From NCBI RefSeq assembly GCF_000315625.1, contig NW_005434666.1, positions 321,781 through 385,780 on the forward strand: a stretch of 64,000 nucleotides of DNA, read 5' to 3'. Under the pieces are notes generated by a model. That model did not search any database. It worked only from the letters and a program-made list of their open reading frames with translations, and had not been told where the DNA came from. The translations under genes were made by a program, and so were the position numbers. The stretch's first letter is position 1, and every line of letters starts with the position of its first letter. Source of the stretch: Guillardia theta CCMP2712 (Eukaryota > Protista > Cryptophyta). Below, piece after piece: positions 40,130 to 52,312 of the stretch.

Positions 40130-41701
40130 TGAATCAAGTGGGCCGCAAGGTAACCACGCTAACGGCAGAAAGGAAGGGAACGACCTGTTAAAGAAGTCAA
40201 AAATCTTTCATCCATAGTCAATATGATATGGAATCATGTGTTCACAAATATTCAAGTTGTACTCCACAGCTGTCTCCAAACACGCAAAACTCTTCTACAA
40301 ATTAGTCGCCCACAGTTCAAGCAAAGTTAAATTCCAAACTTTGCAAAGCTAGCTCTCCTCCATGCACTCTCCTCTGATCCCGTTCTGCAATCATTCCATG
40401 CACTCACATCCTCTCTCCCTGTTCTCTCTAGCACCATCTCCCTTTACCGCCTGCTCCCTTGTGCTATACTGCCGATGTCCGCCATGGCCATGACTCCATA
40501 GGTAGCGTGACTTTTAGAAAATGTAAACATAAAACTGTTTTAGATTTGAACCAGAGTTTATAGAAGCTCATCGGGGCAATTCGAAATTTACTTTCAATGT
40601 TTCAAGATATTCGCATTCAAGTAACGTGACCGGGATGGGTATAAGCAGGTAAAAACTACAATAGCATTTTAATATTTTGCTACCTAAAATCAGAGATTAT
40701 AGCACGATTGATAGAAACTATCTTCAAAAACGGAGCTCTGGTACCGGAGTCAACGAGTGTTGGATACAAAACCGAATGCATGTAGCACTTATAGCATTAT
40801 ACATTGAATCTCAAGATTTGATTTGATTTCGAGGGGACGTGCCGGCAGACATGCCGGATAATCCCGATCATAAATAACAATATTAAAGTGTCAGATTACC
40901 ACACATATAAAACATTTTACGTTTGTTGATTACCTATGTTGAGTAAAACATCATGAGCGCACCGATAAATCGTGCACGATGGAGCCGCAACGAGGGCGAG
41001 GCTTGCGAGCGGCATGGGGAGAGCATAAAGCGGCTTGAGGCGGAGAGAAGAGGTCAAGGCAGAGAGGACCTCTTCTGACTTTCAAGCCACATCACGAATT
41101 GCACGATTTGAAATTGCACATCGCACGGTATCCTGTATTCCGCGACCCACGGATTGTTTGGACTGAGTCTGTCTGAAATGCGGTTGTTGATGAGATAAGT
41201 TTTAGCGAAATGGACTATCATCATCATTTTACCAAAAGAGATGTATGCGTTTGTCTGACGCTCGTACCTTCTGTTTTAAATGAAGGTGTAGAGATTGTTG
41301 ACTATTGTTAGAACGTCCAGGAGCCTGATCTGTCCTAACAACTAGCCATTTCTTTCAGCATGCAGGGATCATCTTGTAGCCCTAGATGAGTGTTTCAAGC
41401 TTAATCTTGGCATATATACAACAGCCAAATACCTCTTTTGCAACTTCGCTCCGGGCCAATGGAATATATTGCTCGATGGCTGTGGAGGCATACAGTTGCT
41501 ATCAGGCTGGCATCGATATATGCCTCGATATAGGAGCGAATGCTTTGGGCTGGTCAGGATCTCTCAAGACAAGGAGGGATATGACGTCATTGTAGCCTAG
41601 TGTAGACCATTGAACCTTGTTGTCTGCTGGTTGTGGCTCAAGACTGAGTCAAGCTTCGCGAGTTGGGCTGAGAGTCCGATCAGGTCAGTCATCATCAGAG
41701 C

Positions 41702-41763
41702 CTTGAGAGCTTGAGAGCTTGAGAGCTTGAGAGCTTGAGAGCTTGAGAGCTTGAGAGCTTGAG
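41702..41763. repeat. 8-bp tandem repeat (CTTGAGAG) x ~7.75
   Basis: Perfect tandem copies directly visible. Confidence 0.95.
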
Positions 41764-43561
41764 GGGCTGCCACTCATTACTGCCGAGTCAACTTGGCAAG
41801 TGATGGAGTACGAGTTTGTTAGGCTTGTACCATGACAAAGTAATCAGTGCAGAAATCAGTTGAACTCAGCTTAGCTCCTTGAGTTGAAAACTTCCGCCAG
41901 ATCTCGTTGGAGTTCCATTTGATCCTACTCAAAGATCAAGAAAATAAGGATCGAGTTAGCTCCGAGTGTTTTCTGGCAACATGCCCAGTCCACAGTGTAG
42001 CTGATTTTCGACCGACCAATCTGGCTGGGGAAAGCCTTATTTTTCCTAGAGAACATTCGAGACCAAACAAATCAGTGTTGCTGCCATGAGAGGCCTAAAC
42101 AACTTGCGGCTAGAGAGGGAGGCTGATGGATGAGAAGAGTCATCCTACTGTATACGACTGAGACTCTGAGAGACTGCCATGATTGTCGCACTGCATGAAC
42201 CTGCGGGTGCCGACTGAACAGAACGGCGAACTTCACTTGCTTTGCCTATCAGTGCCCCTCGGTTGAATAAAAAACTCCTACTCCCGGGTCCCTAATACAT
42301 TCCGATTATGACCGAACGGTTACTACCCGGCGCCGGTGACGGGTGACAGCGCGGCCGCTCAGTTGTGCGGCCCTGGGCCGGCGGCCGGGCCCTCGCCGGG
42401 CCGGCCCGGCCCGGCGGGCGGCGGCGGCGCCGCGGCGGGGACTGTCGGCGGCCCAGCCGCCTGGCTACTCACAATAGGGTAGTTGATAGGGTAGGGGTAC
42501 AACATCAGAGTCACGGGTTTGCGAATGTCCAAGAGTACCCCTTGTTTACTCATAGACTTGCGGATATGATGTGAGGTGGGTACATTCCGTGATTGCCAAC
42601 GGGGTAGAAATGACGGGGACCAGTGAAGAATGGGGGTAGGGTCATGAGTACAATTTAGGGTAAGAGAATGAACCCGGTACTTCAACAGAGAAATCTTCTG
42701 ATTTAAAGGGGTAGTCTGGTAGTTCATTTTGTTCAGGTTTTATGCTAGGGGTGGCATATGAAGGCAAATTGGGTAGGGTGGTAGCAGGGATGCGGCTATA
42801 TATATGAATTCTTTAGGGGGTAGGGTTATGAACTTTCAAGAATTCAGGGGGGTGGTGAAGAGGAAAAGGAGCTATTTGGTGGGGCACTTCAGGGAAAGAT
42901 GAGGGTGGGGGTGAAGATGTGCCCTGGGTATTGAAAGTCAAGAGAAGGGGTAGGGTAGAGGTGGTCAAAACCTCTGGAGTGCATTATTATTAGGAAATGG
43001 CCGACTCCGGGGGGCGCGGTGGAGAGAACTAACCTTAGGAAGGGAAGAGAAACAAGGATGAGAGATTGAGGGCAGGGACAAGGAAGGGAGACCAAGAAAG
43101 AGTGTGGAAGAAGCGATGTGATGGATAGGATGCAGCAACATGGTTGCATGAGATTGTGACAGCATATGAACGTACAGGGCCAGGACAGGTCTACCTCGTT
43201 AGAAATTCAGGAGAAGTGAGCAAAATTGCATGAGTGGACTCTGCAACTCAGATGAAATAATTTTGTTGTGAAGGAATATTGGAATTTCCCTCTGAATGGT
43301 GAAAGATCGAGTTACAGTGGAGGAGAAACAGAGATCCATGTTTGAGCCTTGGGCAGCTTCATAGTTGTATTCATCCAAAACTTCAAAATTCCAAGCATGT
43401 TGAATGATCTAGGTTGTGATTCTTTCATGGAACTTGTCTGCCATGAAGCTCTTTGAACTTCCTGCAAAGACAGCAACTTCCTCATATCTCCCGTTATGAA
43501 TGAGTATCGCTCGCAGATGTTCAATTCCTTCATCTCCTTCTCACCACCACGTGCAGGAGAT

Positions 43562-45843
43562 ATGGGACCTCGGCTGAAGCTCGTGCTTATGGCTGCATTC
43601 CTGATGACGACAGCTCAGCTGCTGTTCGTCTATCAAGGAGGCATTTTTGCCTCGGAAGACTCCCTCCTTCAAGGCTATCGCAGCAGGATACAAGAGCGAC
43701 TTAAGAGGACCAAGAGCGTGCATGCGGCTGAGGTGTGTGAAGAGACTTACGGGCTGTTTCCCTGCTCCTCCTCTCTTCCTGGCTCGATCTTCCTCTGTCT
43801 CATGTATGGAGCGCTGCTGTTGAAGGGAGCAAACCTGATCAGCGATGGCTCGGAGCTCTTGCTGGAGGTTCTGGACCCAGGACTGATCGGAGGCCTTCTC
43901 CTCCCTGTGCTGGGAGCGCTGCCAGACTCTGCAATGATCGTGATGAGTGGTCTCGGAGGAACTAGGGAGCAAGCGAAGGAGCAGGTGTCAGTCGGTGAGA
44001 GGTCTTGCTGCTGCCTGGTGGTCTGCCTCACGGTCTATTCAGGTATCGGAACCTTGGCAGGAAGCACCATCATGCTCCTCTCCATCGCCTGGGGAGGATC
44101 GCTGGTGACCTGTCCTTGACCTCTTGTGAGCTGAAAGGCTAACGTGATTGCAGTGGGTAGGACGGTGTGACATCCAGGATGGGATGGCGATCGATCGCAG
44201 GCTCACCCGCAGCTTCGACCTGACCAACACGGGCGTGACAACGGACGAGAGCACGAAGCTGAACGCCTACATCATGATGGCCTCCGCCCTGCTCTACCTG
44301 ACACCTCAGATCCCCACCTTCATGGGGGAGGCTCACGACCCGTCCGCCGCTGGGCTCGGAGGAATCCTTTGTATCGTTGCGCTGGCAGCGTATTGTGCGT
44401 TCCAGGTCTTGTGGCCTGAGCTGCAGAAGAAGAAGAAGGAGGCGGCGCACAAGAAGTTCTTGAAGCACAGCGCCATCATCCTTGCAAGTGAGTTCGCCAA
44501 GAACGCAGGGACTATCCTTGTTGCTGAAAACGGAGAGCTGCGTGATGACGCGCTAAAGTGTCTCTTTGACAAGTATGACACGGACAGGGTGAGGCGACTT
44601 CTGACGTCGGTCATGACCTGAGCGATGACGGCATCTGCGCAGAGCGGGACGATAGAGAGAGACGAGCTGAGGAAGATGATGATGATTCTGTCTCAGTCCG
44701 CCAGCACTCAAACATCGATAGGAGAGATCGACGGAGATCTCGAGTACCTGATGCAGGTAGGAATCAGAGTTTCTTGCAAGCTTGCTCATCACGCCTTTGC
44801 GATAGGAGCTGGATGCCGACGGTGATGGGCAGATCACGTTTGATGAGATGAGAGGAGGGCTACGGAGGTGGCTAAGGGACCTCGAGAAGGAAAGGAAGTC
44901 ACAGTGAGAGCAGATGCACTGTTCGCCATGGCGTTGACGGCCATTCTCAGGGGAGGGTTGCATGGAAGCATTGAAAGCACCCCTTTGCTCGTTGCGGGCG
45001 CAGACCAAGAAGAAGCAGAAGAAAGCGACGATGAGGAGGAAGGAGAGGAGGCTCTCACGCCACGTCAGGTCGTCATCCAGATGCGGACAAGAATGGATGG
45101 GGACTGACGGCACTGCAGATTTACATGAACTCAGCCAAGCTGATGATAGGAGGAACATTTCTTGTTGCCCTCTTCTCTGACCCGATGGTGGATGCTGTGT
45201 CCTCGGTGCGTGGCCGGGTTGAGGAGGAGAGTGAGATCGGGATTGACAGGAATGTGCAGTTCTCAAAAGCAAGCCACATCCCTGCTTTCTTCGTCTCTTT
45301 CTTAGTGACTCCATTTGCCTCGAATGCGTCAGAGCTTGTACAATCTCAAGATGTTCAACAACTTTGGTATGACCATGATCCTCAGGTTAGCAGCCTGCAG
45401 TTTGCCAAGAAGAAGAAGAAGAAGAACATATCCCTCACTTACAGCCAGGTTTCCCCATCTCACTTGACGTGGTCTGGCCTTGATTGCTCTCTAGGTCTAC
45501 GGGGCAGTCACCATGAACAACACCATGTGCTTGGGCCTCTTCCTCCTGGTCGTCTGGTATCGCAACCTTGACTGGAACTTCTCCTCGGAGGTTCCCACTT
45601 GTTTCTCTTCCTCAATTCTGTGACCCTCATCCAGGTGGTTACTACCATGAGCATGATCTTTGCCCTCGGCGTCGTGGCCTGCACGCGAGTTACCTTCCCT
45701 CTCTACATGGGTGAGTCAGTGTCAGGATCATGGGGGAGCACCGAGTTGTGCCTGACTTCACCGCAGCTTTCTTCTCCCTCTCCCTCTACCCCATCGCCCT
45801 TGCGCTGGTCTACTTCCTCGACTACGTCGTCGGGTGGCAGTAA
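43562..45843 (+). CDS. EF-hand-containing Na+/Ca2+ exchanger (plant NCL / EF-CAX type)
   Basis: CEETYGLFPC, GSELLLEVLDPGLIGGLLLPVLGALPD, GTLAGSTIMLL, EF-hands DKYDTD..GTIERDE and DADGDGQITFDE, FSDPMVDAV, TPFASNASE, TMNNTMCLG. Confidence 0.92.
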
Positions 45844-45952
45844 CAGTGATGACGTTATCGGGTCTTTATTCCCCGACTGTTGGATGTACAAATCTCCCTC
45901 AGCTAAACCAGTTGTCAATAAGTCTATCAGTTAATACACTTCACGATCGCCA

Positions 45953-47119
45953 TCAGAGCCTCTTGAGGCTCCTTTTCTTGTCATCCTTCTTCTTTTCCTC
46001 TTTCTTGCCCGCAGTTGAGATGCTGCTGGGCTTCTCCCCCCCGATGCTCTCGATGTTCTTCTCAGTCGGAGCACTCTGAGCAGACACATCAACCTTCCGA
46101 CAGCCCCAACAAGTTTCTCCTACCTCCCTGGTCGCATGGATCTTCGTCATAAGCTGTGCCCGCTGGAAGTACGACTCGTAGTCCTCCATGAAGAGCCTTC
46201 CAGCCTACAGTCAAGTCAACAGCGCCCTCATCCTGCGGCAATTCCTCAGACCTCCTCGTTGAGAGCGGACTCAGGGTTCGGCTCTATCAGCAGGCATCGA
46301 ACCACCTGCTTAGGAGCTGAGCAGATCAAGCGCTAAGTCTCAACACAAACCATCAAGATGTGGCCGAGCTTGCAGTCAGACTTCCAGTCCTTCTTGAGAG
46401 TATTCACACAGATCTCTCCGTTCTTGGCGATGTTCGGATGAAAGATTGGTGTGATGAAAAAGCCTTTCGGCGGCGCAGATGGGAAATCAGGCCCGAACAC
46501 GAGCTTGATCTTGAAAACTCCTCCATGGAATGGAGTTTCAGCTGCAGATCCCCTCCATGTAAGACAACAACTTCCACAAAAGAGGAGATGTCAACCTGGT
46601 CCAGAGATCTCCGCTCTAAGATCAGTGACGTTCTCTTCGTTCACTTGCAGGGTGACATCTGAAACCGGTTGCTTGGTGTAATCTTTGACCTCCTTGATCA
46701 ATCTATTCAACACAGATGAAGAAATGTTCTCGTTGGTAGCCTGCAGGAACACCCTTGTCAGACACAAGGCTAGACATTGGTTGATATGTGGGAGCAAAAT
46801 TTGAACAGCATCAGAAAAGAAATCCTCCTTTTTCTTTTTGACGTCCTCACGAAGTCAACAGTGAATGGAGAGCCAGCGAGCAAGTCATGTGATTTCAATG
46901 AAGAGATTGAACTAGATGTAATCCCAAAGACCACCCACACGTGTCCTCAAAGAAACAGAAGAAGGGCCAATACTTGCGTCAACACTTTGTTGTGACTGCA
47001 GTGAAGTGTGGGCGGCAGAGAGAAGGATCATCGAGGAGGGAAGGAGGAAACGTAGTAGAAGCCACTCAGAGAGAAGAGGAGGGGGGGGGGGTACGAGGGA
47101 AGCAGCAGCAGGTTACCAT
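45953..47119 (-). CDS. UBE2S: Ubiquitin-conjugating enzyme E2 S
   Basis: [73 protein letters not shown]-terminus KKRSLKRL*. An ATG-only first exon at 47119-47117 is inferred. Confidence 0.9.
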
Positions 47120-48127
47120 GGTGTCTTCAGGCAGTGGGGACGCAGAGCTGGTTGTATCGTTCACCCCCTAGGGCATGAAAGTTCCGTTGGCCGCTCTCTA
47201 AAAGAAATTTTGTCATTCAAATGGACTCCCAAATATTAAATTTTGACCCCTAAATTATGAGCACTTTGTTCGTGAAAAGTTCAAATTTGCATACTGAGTT
47301 CCGAAGTTTACAAGCTATATTATAAGAATAATACGTACTGGTACTGATGGCCCTCCACCGTCACATTTCAGTACCAGCAAAAACTTATAAATTCATTGCC
47401 ACTGCTGGTACAAAACCCTGTGGTGGACTCATAACCTGAACAAGAGGCTTCGGAACTCGGAACGGCAGTGCTCAGGCGCCGGGCCCGGCGGCACTCCGCC
47501 CGGCCCCCGGCCACTGGACGGCGTACTGCCGGGCGGCCGCGGTACGAAGTACCGGTTCAGTACCGTGACTCAGTCAGGCCGCTGGCCGGGACTCCTCCGG
47601 AGTCCGACTCAGCCGCCGCTTCGCACTGCGCGCGGCCCGGGCAAGCCGCTGCCCGCCGGGCCGGCCCCCGGGCCCGGCGCCAGGGCGGGCCGGGCCGCGG
47701 GACAGGCTCCGAGGCCCCGAAAGTCCGATCGGAGTGAAATCAGTGACTCTGTGAGCCTCGGAGCGGCGGCGCCGGCCCACCAACGGCAGTGAGGCACGGG
47801 GGCTGTTGCCTCCTCGCCGCCGCTCGTTCGCCGAGTCGGACCGTCCGCCGCGCCGCCCGGGCACGGCCCGGGCCGCACTGAGCGGCATTGGCCGCACAGC
47901 CGGGAGTCGTTGTGACTCACAGAGTCAGTGAACTACCGTAGTAGTACCTGGGGCGTCCGACTCGCCGAGTTGCGAGTCGGACTCAGAAGCTGCTCTCAGT
48001 GCCCGTATGATTAAGCTGACAGTGAAGCTTGAACGTTTTACATTGACGCCATCCGACAAGTTCCTAACTAGCAAGATTTTTCTCCGCGGAGCTCCCGCGC
48101 CTCCCAGCCTCCGGCTGAGCGGCCCTT

Positions 48128-50110
48128 TCAAAAGCCAAGTCGCTCCACGATATCTTGCACTTCTCCATCCTTCGGGCATCGAGCTGTTCCTCCGACATGA
48201 TGGCTGATCTTTTGGCAGCGGAGCAAGTGAGGAGGGAAGGCAATCATTTGATCCCGCAGGTTGATCTCAAACCCATTGACCTCAACTTCGGGATGGACAG
48301 ACCACGATCCCTTCCCTGCATGATGGTCGAGCAACGCCACGTACCCAGGAAAGCTGTACTCCACCAAGTCGTAGGGAGCTTCGCTCCATCGGGCCGGAAC
48401 CAGCTCAGGAGAGACAACGCTCTGCAGAGATTTAGAGAAGAAAGTTGCCATCCAGGAGAAAGTCGAGCGAGAGAGGATCATGTGCCTTGCTTGCACGAGC
48501 TCGTACAGGTCTTGCATCGCCGTGCTCATCACGGTTTCTGCCATGGGAAAGATATCCTTGAGGTAGCCGAGGCAGGGATTGAGGAGGGAGGAGGAGGGCT
48601 CGGTAATCAAGAAGACTCGAGAGCCAGGATACATGGTCAGGTGGACAGCGATGGCGACAACGTAGAAGGCAAGGGGCGGCTGCCACATCCCCTTGCCAAG
48701 GATGTGAGTGAAGGAAATCCTTCTGAGTACATCTCCTGACCTTAGATGGACGCAGAGGTCATCGCCCCGGGCTCTGGTGGGGAAGGGAATAAGAACTTTG
48801 TAGACCTGACCCCTGAAGAAGTTCCATGTCACGTTCTTGTGGAAGTCAAACTCTTGATTGAGGCCGTTGCGGTGGGCATAGCAGTCGCCAAATGCGCTAC
48901 AGTCTTCCACCCACCTCTCGTGAGGTAGGCACGCAGCTCCGCTCAAGCTCTCTGGTCTCATGAATCCTCCGAACACGTCGAATGCTGATGCCATCTGGTT
49001 CTCCACCATCAGCCTGCACGAGTACCAGGGCTCCTCCTGCCGTATCCGTGGCATCCTGATCAAGGTTGCGTTGGACATGAGAGCCACGTGATGGGCTAAG
49101 GCTAAGGTCAGGAAGGTGTTCCCCCACCTCCCGTCAAAGAAGTGAATAGAAAGGATGCAGTCATCCTCATTGGCGGACCTCTGTCCGCTCAAGACCTCTC
49201 TTCTCCGGAAGATGATGCGCTTTGACGCGTTTGCTGATATTAACGACTCAACATCTTCAACAAACACTTCGACCGTTCGATCCCCCACAAGATCTCGGGG
49301 CAATACTACAGATACGCATGATTTCTTCTCCATGGTTCTGGCTCGTCGAAAGTGTCTGATTGCCACCAGCTCACCATCAGCAAGGACTTTCGCCACAAAG
49401 TCAGTCATGGCGTCATTCCAACGTTCACATCGGCTCCTGTATGGCCAAGACACTTCAAAAGATACAACGTGTCCTGCTGCCCCCGTGTTCGAGATTGGCT
49501 CCAGCGGACCTCCCTCAATGCGAAGCATCAGATTGCAGGCAGAGCAGGTTCCATCCAGCACGAGGGTGTTGTAAACGTCGGAAAACATCAAGATGTTTGA
49601 CTCATGGTCGTACAGCATCAAAATCCCGGTGTAGTTGCCGCACTCGACCTCAAACAAGAACGGGTCTGAGGCAGATCCCTTTCTGCAGGTGGTGCTCTCG
49701 TAAACGGCCTTGTAGTTCTGGTCCAGCAGCATTTCTACCCGATACGGCAAACATTGATCTCTGTGTGCTGTTATGAATGGATGAGATACATAAAACCTCC
49801 AAGGATGTACTGCATGCCCGTCTTCCACGTCCACAAAGTAAAGTTGCCCAAACTCAGCGTCAGATCCTTGCGATACAGTCTCCTCCATGTCAGCTTGGGA
49901 GCGAGGCCCTGTATTGATGCTGGCATGTGACGATACTCTGTCATCATCGTTTGTGCATGTCAGGCCGTCATCCATTGAGAGGTCCAGGTTTGGAATAGAA
50001 TCTTTCTCCCTCCTTTGGGGATGGTGAAATTCCGCCTTCGAACCTGCCTGTTCTGCATGCAGGACGAGGGTGAGGACGCAGAATAAGAGGAGGATCAAGA
50101 TACTCTCCAT
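48128..50110 (-). CDS. Glycosyltransferase, GT11/fucosyltransferase-like C-terminal domain; intronless; N-terminal signal/anchor
   Basis: Motifs GRWGNTF, CVHLRSGD, DLYELVQARHMILSRSTFSWMA. Hydrophobic MESILILLLFCVLTLVLHA. Confidence 0.7.
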   Translation of the reverse strand: MESILILLLFCVLTLVLHAEQAGSKAEFHHPQRREKDSIPNLDLSMDDGLTCTNDDDRVSSHASINTGPRSQADMEETVSQGSDAEFGQLYFVDVEDGHAVHPWRFYVSHPFITAHRDQCLPYRVEMLLDQNYKAVYESTTCRKGSASDPFLFEVECGNYTGILMLYDHESNILMFSDVYNTLVLDGTCSACNLMLRIEGGPLEPISNTGAAGHVVSFEVSWPYRSRCERWNDAMTDFVAKVLADGELVAIRHFRRARTMEKKSCVSVVLPRDLVGDRTVEVFVEDVESLISANASKRIIFRRREVLSGQRSANEDDCILSIHFFDGRWGNTFLTLALAHHVALMSNATLIRMPRIRQEEPWYSCRLMVENQMASAFDVFGGFMRPESLSGAACLPHERWVEDCSAFGDCYAHRNGLNQEFDFHKNVTWNFFRGQVYKVLIPFPTRARGDDLCVHLRSGDVLRRISFTHILGKGMWQPPLAFYVVAIAVHLTMYPGSRVFLITEPSSSLLNPCLGYLKDIFPMAETVMSTAMQDLYELVQARHMILSRSTFSWMATFFSKSLQSVVSPELVPARWSEAPYDLVEYSFPGYVALLDHHAGKGSWSVHPEVEVNGFEINLRDQMIAFPPHLLRCQKISHHVGGTARCPKDGEVQDIVERLGF

Positions 50111-51215
50111 GTATCTGTTGCTCTGGAACATTCTGAGAAACGTTCGATGCTCGGAGAATCGCTCTTGCCTTCTCCGTCTGCTCCTCACATTGTCCCGCCG
50201 CCTCCAGCTACCACCCTCCAACAACTTTCAAACTTTGTTCATTTCTGAGTTGATGAAAAGAGTGTACAACTTTCAGCGTCGAAACTTTGAAACTTGGAAC
50301 CCTGTCAAACCTTTCAAACGATCAGAGTTCAAAACTCCGAACCTCACCGTGACTTGGATTCCGCAAGGAGGCAAAAATCTTCAAGTGAGGCCGCATGACC
50401 CTAAAACATTATTCAAAACATCTCGTTTCGAGTCACAAGATGACGATGCACCCAAATCAGTGTGTCGGCCTCCAAGGGTACATGAGGTATGAATCGTTGT
50501 GTAAAATGTTTCTTTCGCGATCTCCGCGTAACTGAGTGTCATCATCTCGAGGTGAAAGATCTTATTTTAGATGTGCCTAAGCGATCTAGAAGCCTTGCTG
50601 ACATAAGAGATCTGAAACGATGACTTATTGATATCTTTCTTCATTACTGCACACACAGCATCACATTCGGGAGGGGTCCATATTCGGGTAAAATTGGGGG
50701 TAGACATAATTTGAAGTGACAAGTAAATGTGACCCTCGAAGATCTGATCCTCACCCCACCCCCTGTCTTCCACTACCCACCTGCAGATTACTCGTATCTT
50801 TCTGCTTCCAGAAAACCTGAGTCACATCTTCAGATACTCTAATTGAGGTACCATACAATTGTGGAGATCCCGTCAGGAAAAGGCTCCATGGGCCAAACCA
50901 CCCCCTCTTGCTATAACCCCCCACCCCATCGCTGAGTCTGACATACGGAATATCCACTCTTGTTGCTAGACTTCACGCACACCTTTCCTGCGCCGCGCGT
51001 AGACGTGATAGTCATTCCTTACTCGTCCCCTCCTCTTCTTCCCACCCCATCCCTTGAACGACTAGAGAGCAAGTTGTCTACCTCCCACCCATACCTTCTC
51101 CTTAGCTCGTGCTGTTTATCTGAGCATCTTCGTCATTCGATTCGATTCAAACGAGCTTTCCGACATTTGGAAAGTTTGAAAATCAAGAACGAAGAAACTT
51201 GACTGGTTTTGAGAA

Positions 51216-52199
51216 ATGGCACCCATCAGTGTTCTCCGAGACAAGAGAAGCGTTGCTGAGATCACAAAGAAGTTTGCTATACCTGATGTGAGCATCGATT
51301 TCTGCAGTGACGACAACGAAGATAGTTTGAAAGACGTCGAATCCTCGCCAAAGCAAGGGAAAACCCCACCACGTGTACCAAAACTAGACTCATTGGCCGA
51401 TGCTATTCAGAGATCACTGCTGGGATACACATCACCCAACACATCACCGAGGAAGTGGGAGGAATGGTACGAATTCCACAACAAGTTCGATGTTGTGTTT
51501 GATGACCACGAGGCTACCTGCTCTCCCAAAGAGTCCAACCGACCCTCAGTTCACCAGAGAGAGCCAGCACAAGACCACCAGGAGAATCAGCATGTCAAGA
51601 AAGTCTTGCCTCCCACCAGACCTAGGGAGACGCTAGCCCGGTGCCTCTCGCCGCAGAGGCGGGTGCACACTGCTCCCACCGAGTGCAAGTCTGAGCGGCA
51701 GAATGTGGAGGAAGAAAGGAGGGTCCAGCGGTCTGTATGCAAGCTGGAAGGAAGAATGGAGCTGAGAGAGCGGGCGGACTCCTTGCAAGGCCTCAGTGTG
51801 CTCTGTCGGCTAGATTCGAAGGGGAATTTCTCGATTTTCTCAGCAAAGAATCTGTCGGATTGCATTGGATCGTTTCTAGTAAGAGACGTCATTGTCAAAT
51901 CGAGAAGCGAGAAGGAACATCTTCTCATACTGGAGCCCTGCGACGATAGAAATAACATGGACACGCCTGACAAGGATGCGATTCATCTCTTCTTCAAGCA
52001 AGTCACTGATCGGAACCTGTGGATGGAGAGGTTGATAGTTGCCGGTGCCAAGAAGGTCGAAAGCATTCTACCGACCTTTCAACCCAGAACACTTCGAAGA
52101 ATGCATTCTGCGGGATGTCAAGCTGAAGCTTCCGACAAACCCTCCCCACCGCTGCGAAGAAAGTCGTATAGTGCCATAGAGAGCAGAAACCGAGTATGA
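51216..52199 (+). CDS. Hypothetical protein with a C-terminal PH-like domain; intronless
   Basis: 327-aa ORF with a disordered S/P-rich N-half, then beta-rich segments ending in IHLFFKQVTDRNLWMERL, typical of a PH terminal helix. Confidence 0.55.
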   Translation: MAPISVLRDKRSVAEITKKFAIPDVSIDFCSDDNEDSLKDVESSPKQGKTPPRVPKLDSLADAIQRSLLGYTSPNTSPRKWEEWYEFHNKFDVVFDDHEATCSPKESNRPSVHQREPAQDHQENQHVKKVLPPTRPRETLARCLSPQRRVHTAPTECKSERQNVEEERRVQRSVCKLEGRMELRERADSLQGLSVLCRLDSKGNFSIFSAKNLSDCIGSFLVRDVIVKSRSEKEHLLILEPCDDRNNMDTPDKDAIHLFFKQVTDRNLWMERLIVAGAKKVESILPTFQPRTLRRMHSAGCQAEASDKPSPPLRRKSYSAIESRNRV

Positions 52200-52312
52200 A
52201 GACTCACTCTAGCACCACTTGAATATTTTTTACTGATTCAATCATCTCTTAAGCTAAGATTCGTTATAAACACGACAAAATGTGCTCTGTTTGAAAATGC
52301 ACCTTGATTTAT

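Noticed and set aside
41702-41763. Possible telomeric repeat
   Set aside because: Short internal array; I cannot match the unit to a known telomere motif.
47468-47920. Arg/Pro/Gly/Ala-rich ORFs in GC islands (also 18084-18494, 42365-42574)
   Set aside because: Stop-poor by composition, with no domains and open on both strands.
48155-48739. Antisense ORFs overlapping real genes throughout the window
   Set aside because: Shadow frames of GC-rich coding sequence with no recognisable motifs.
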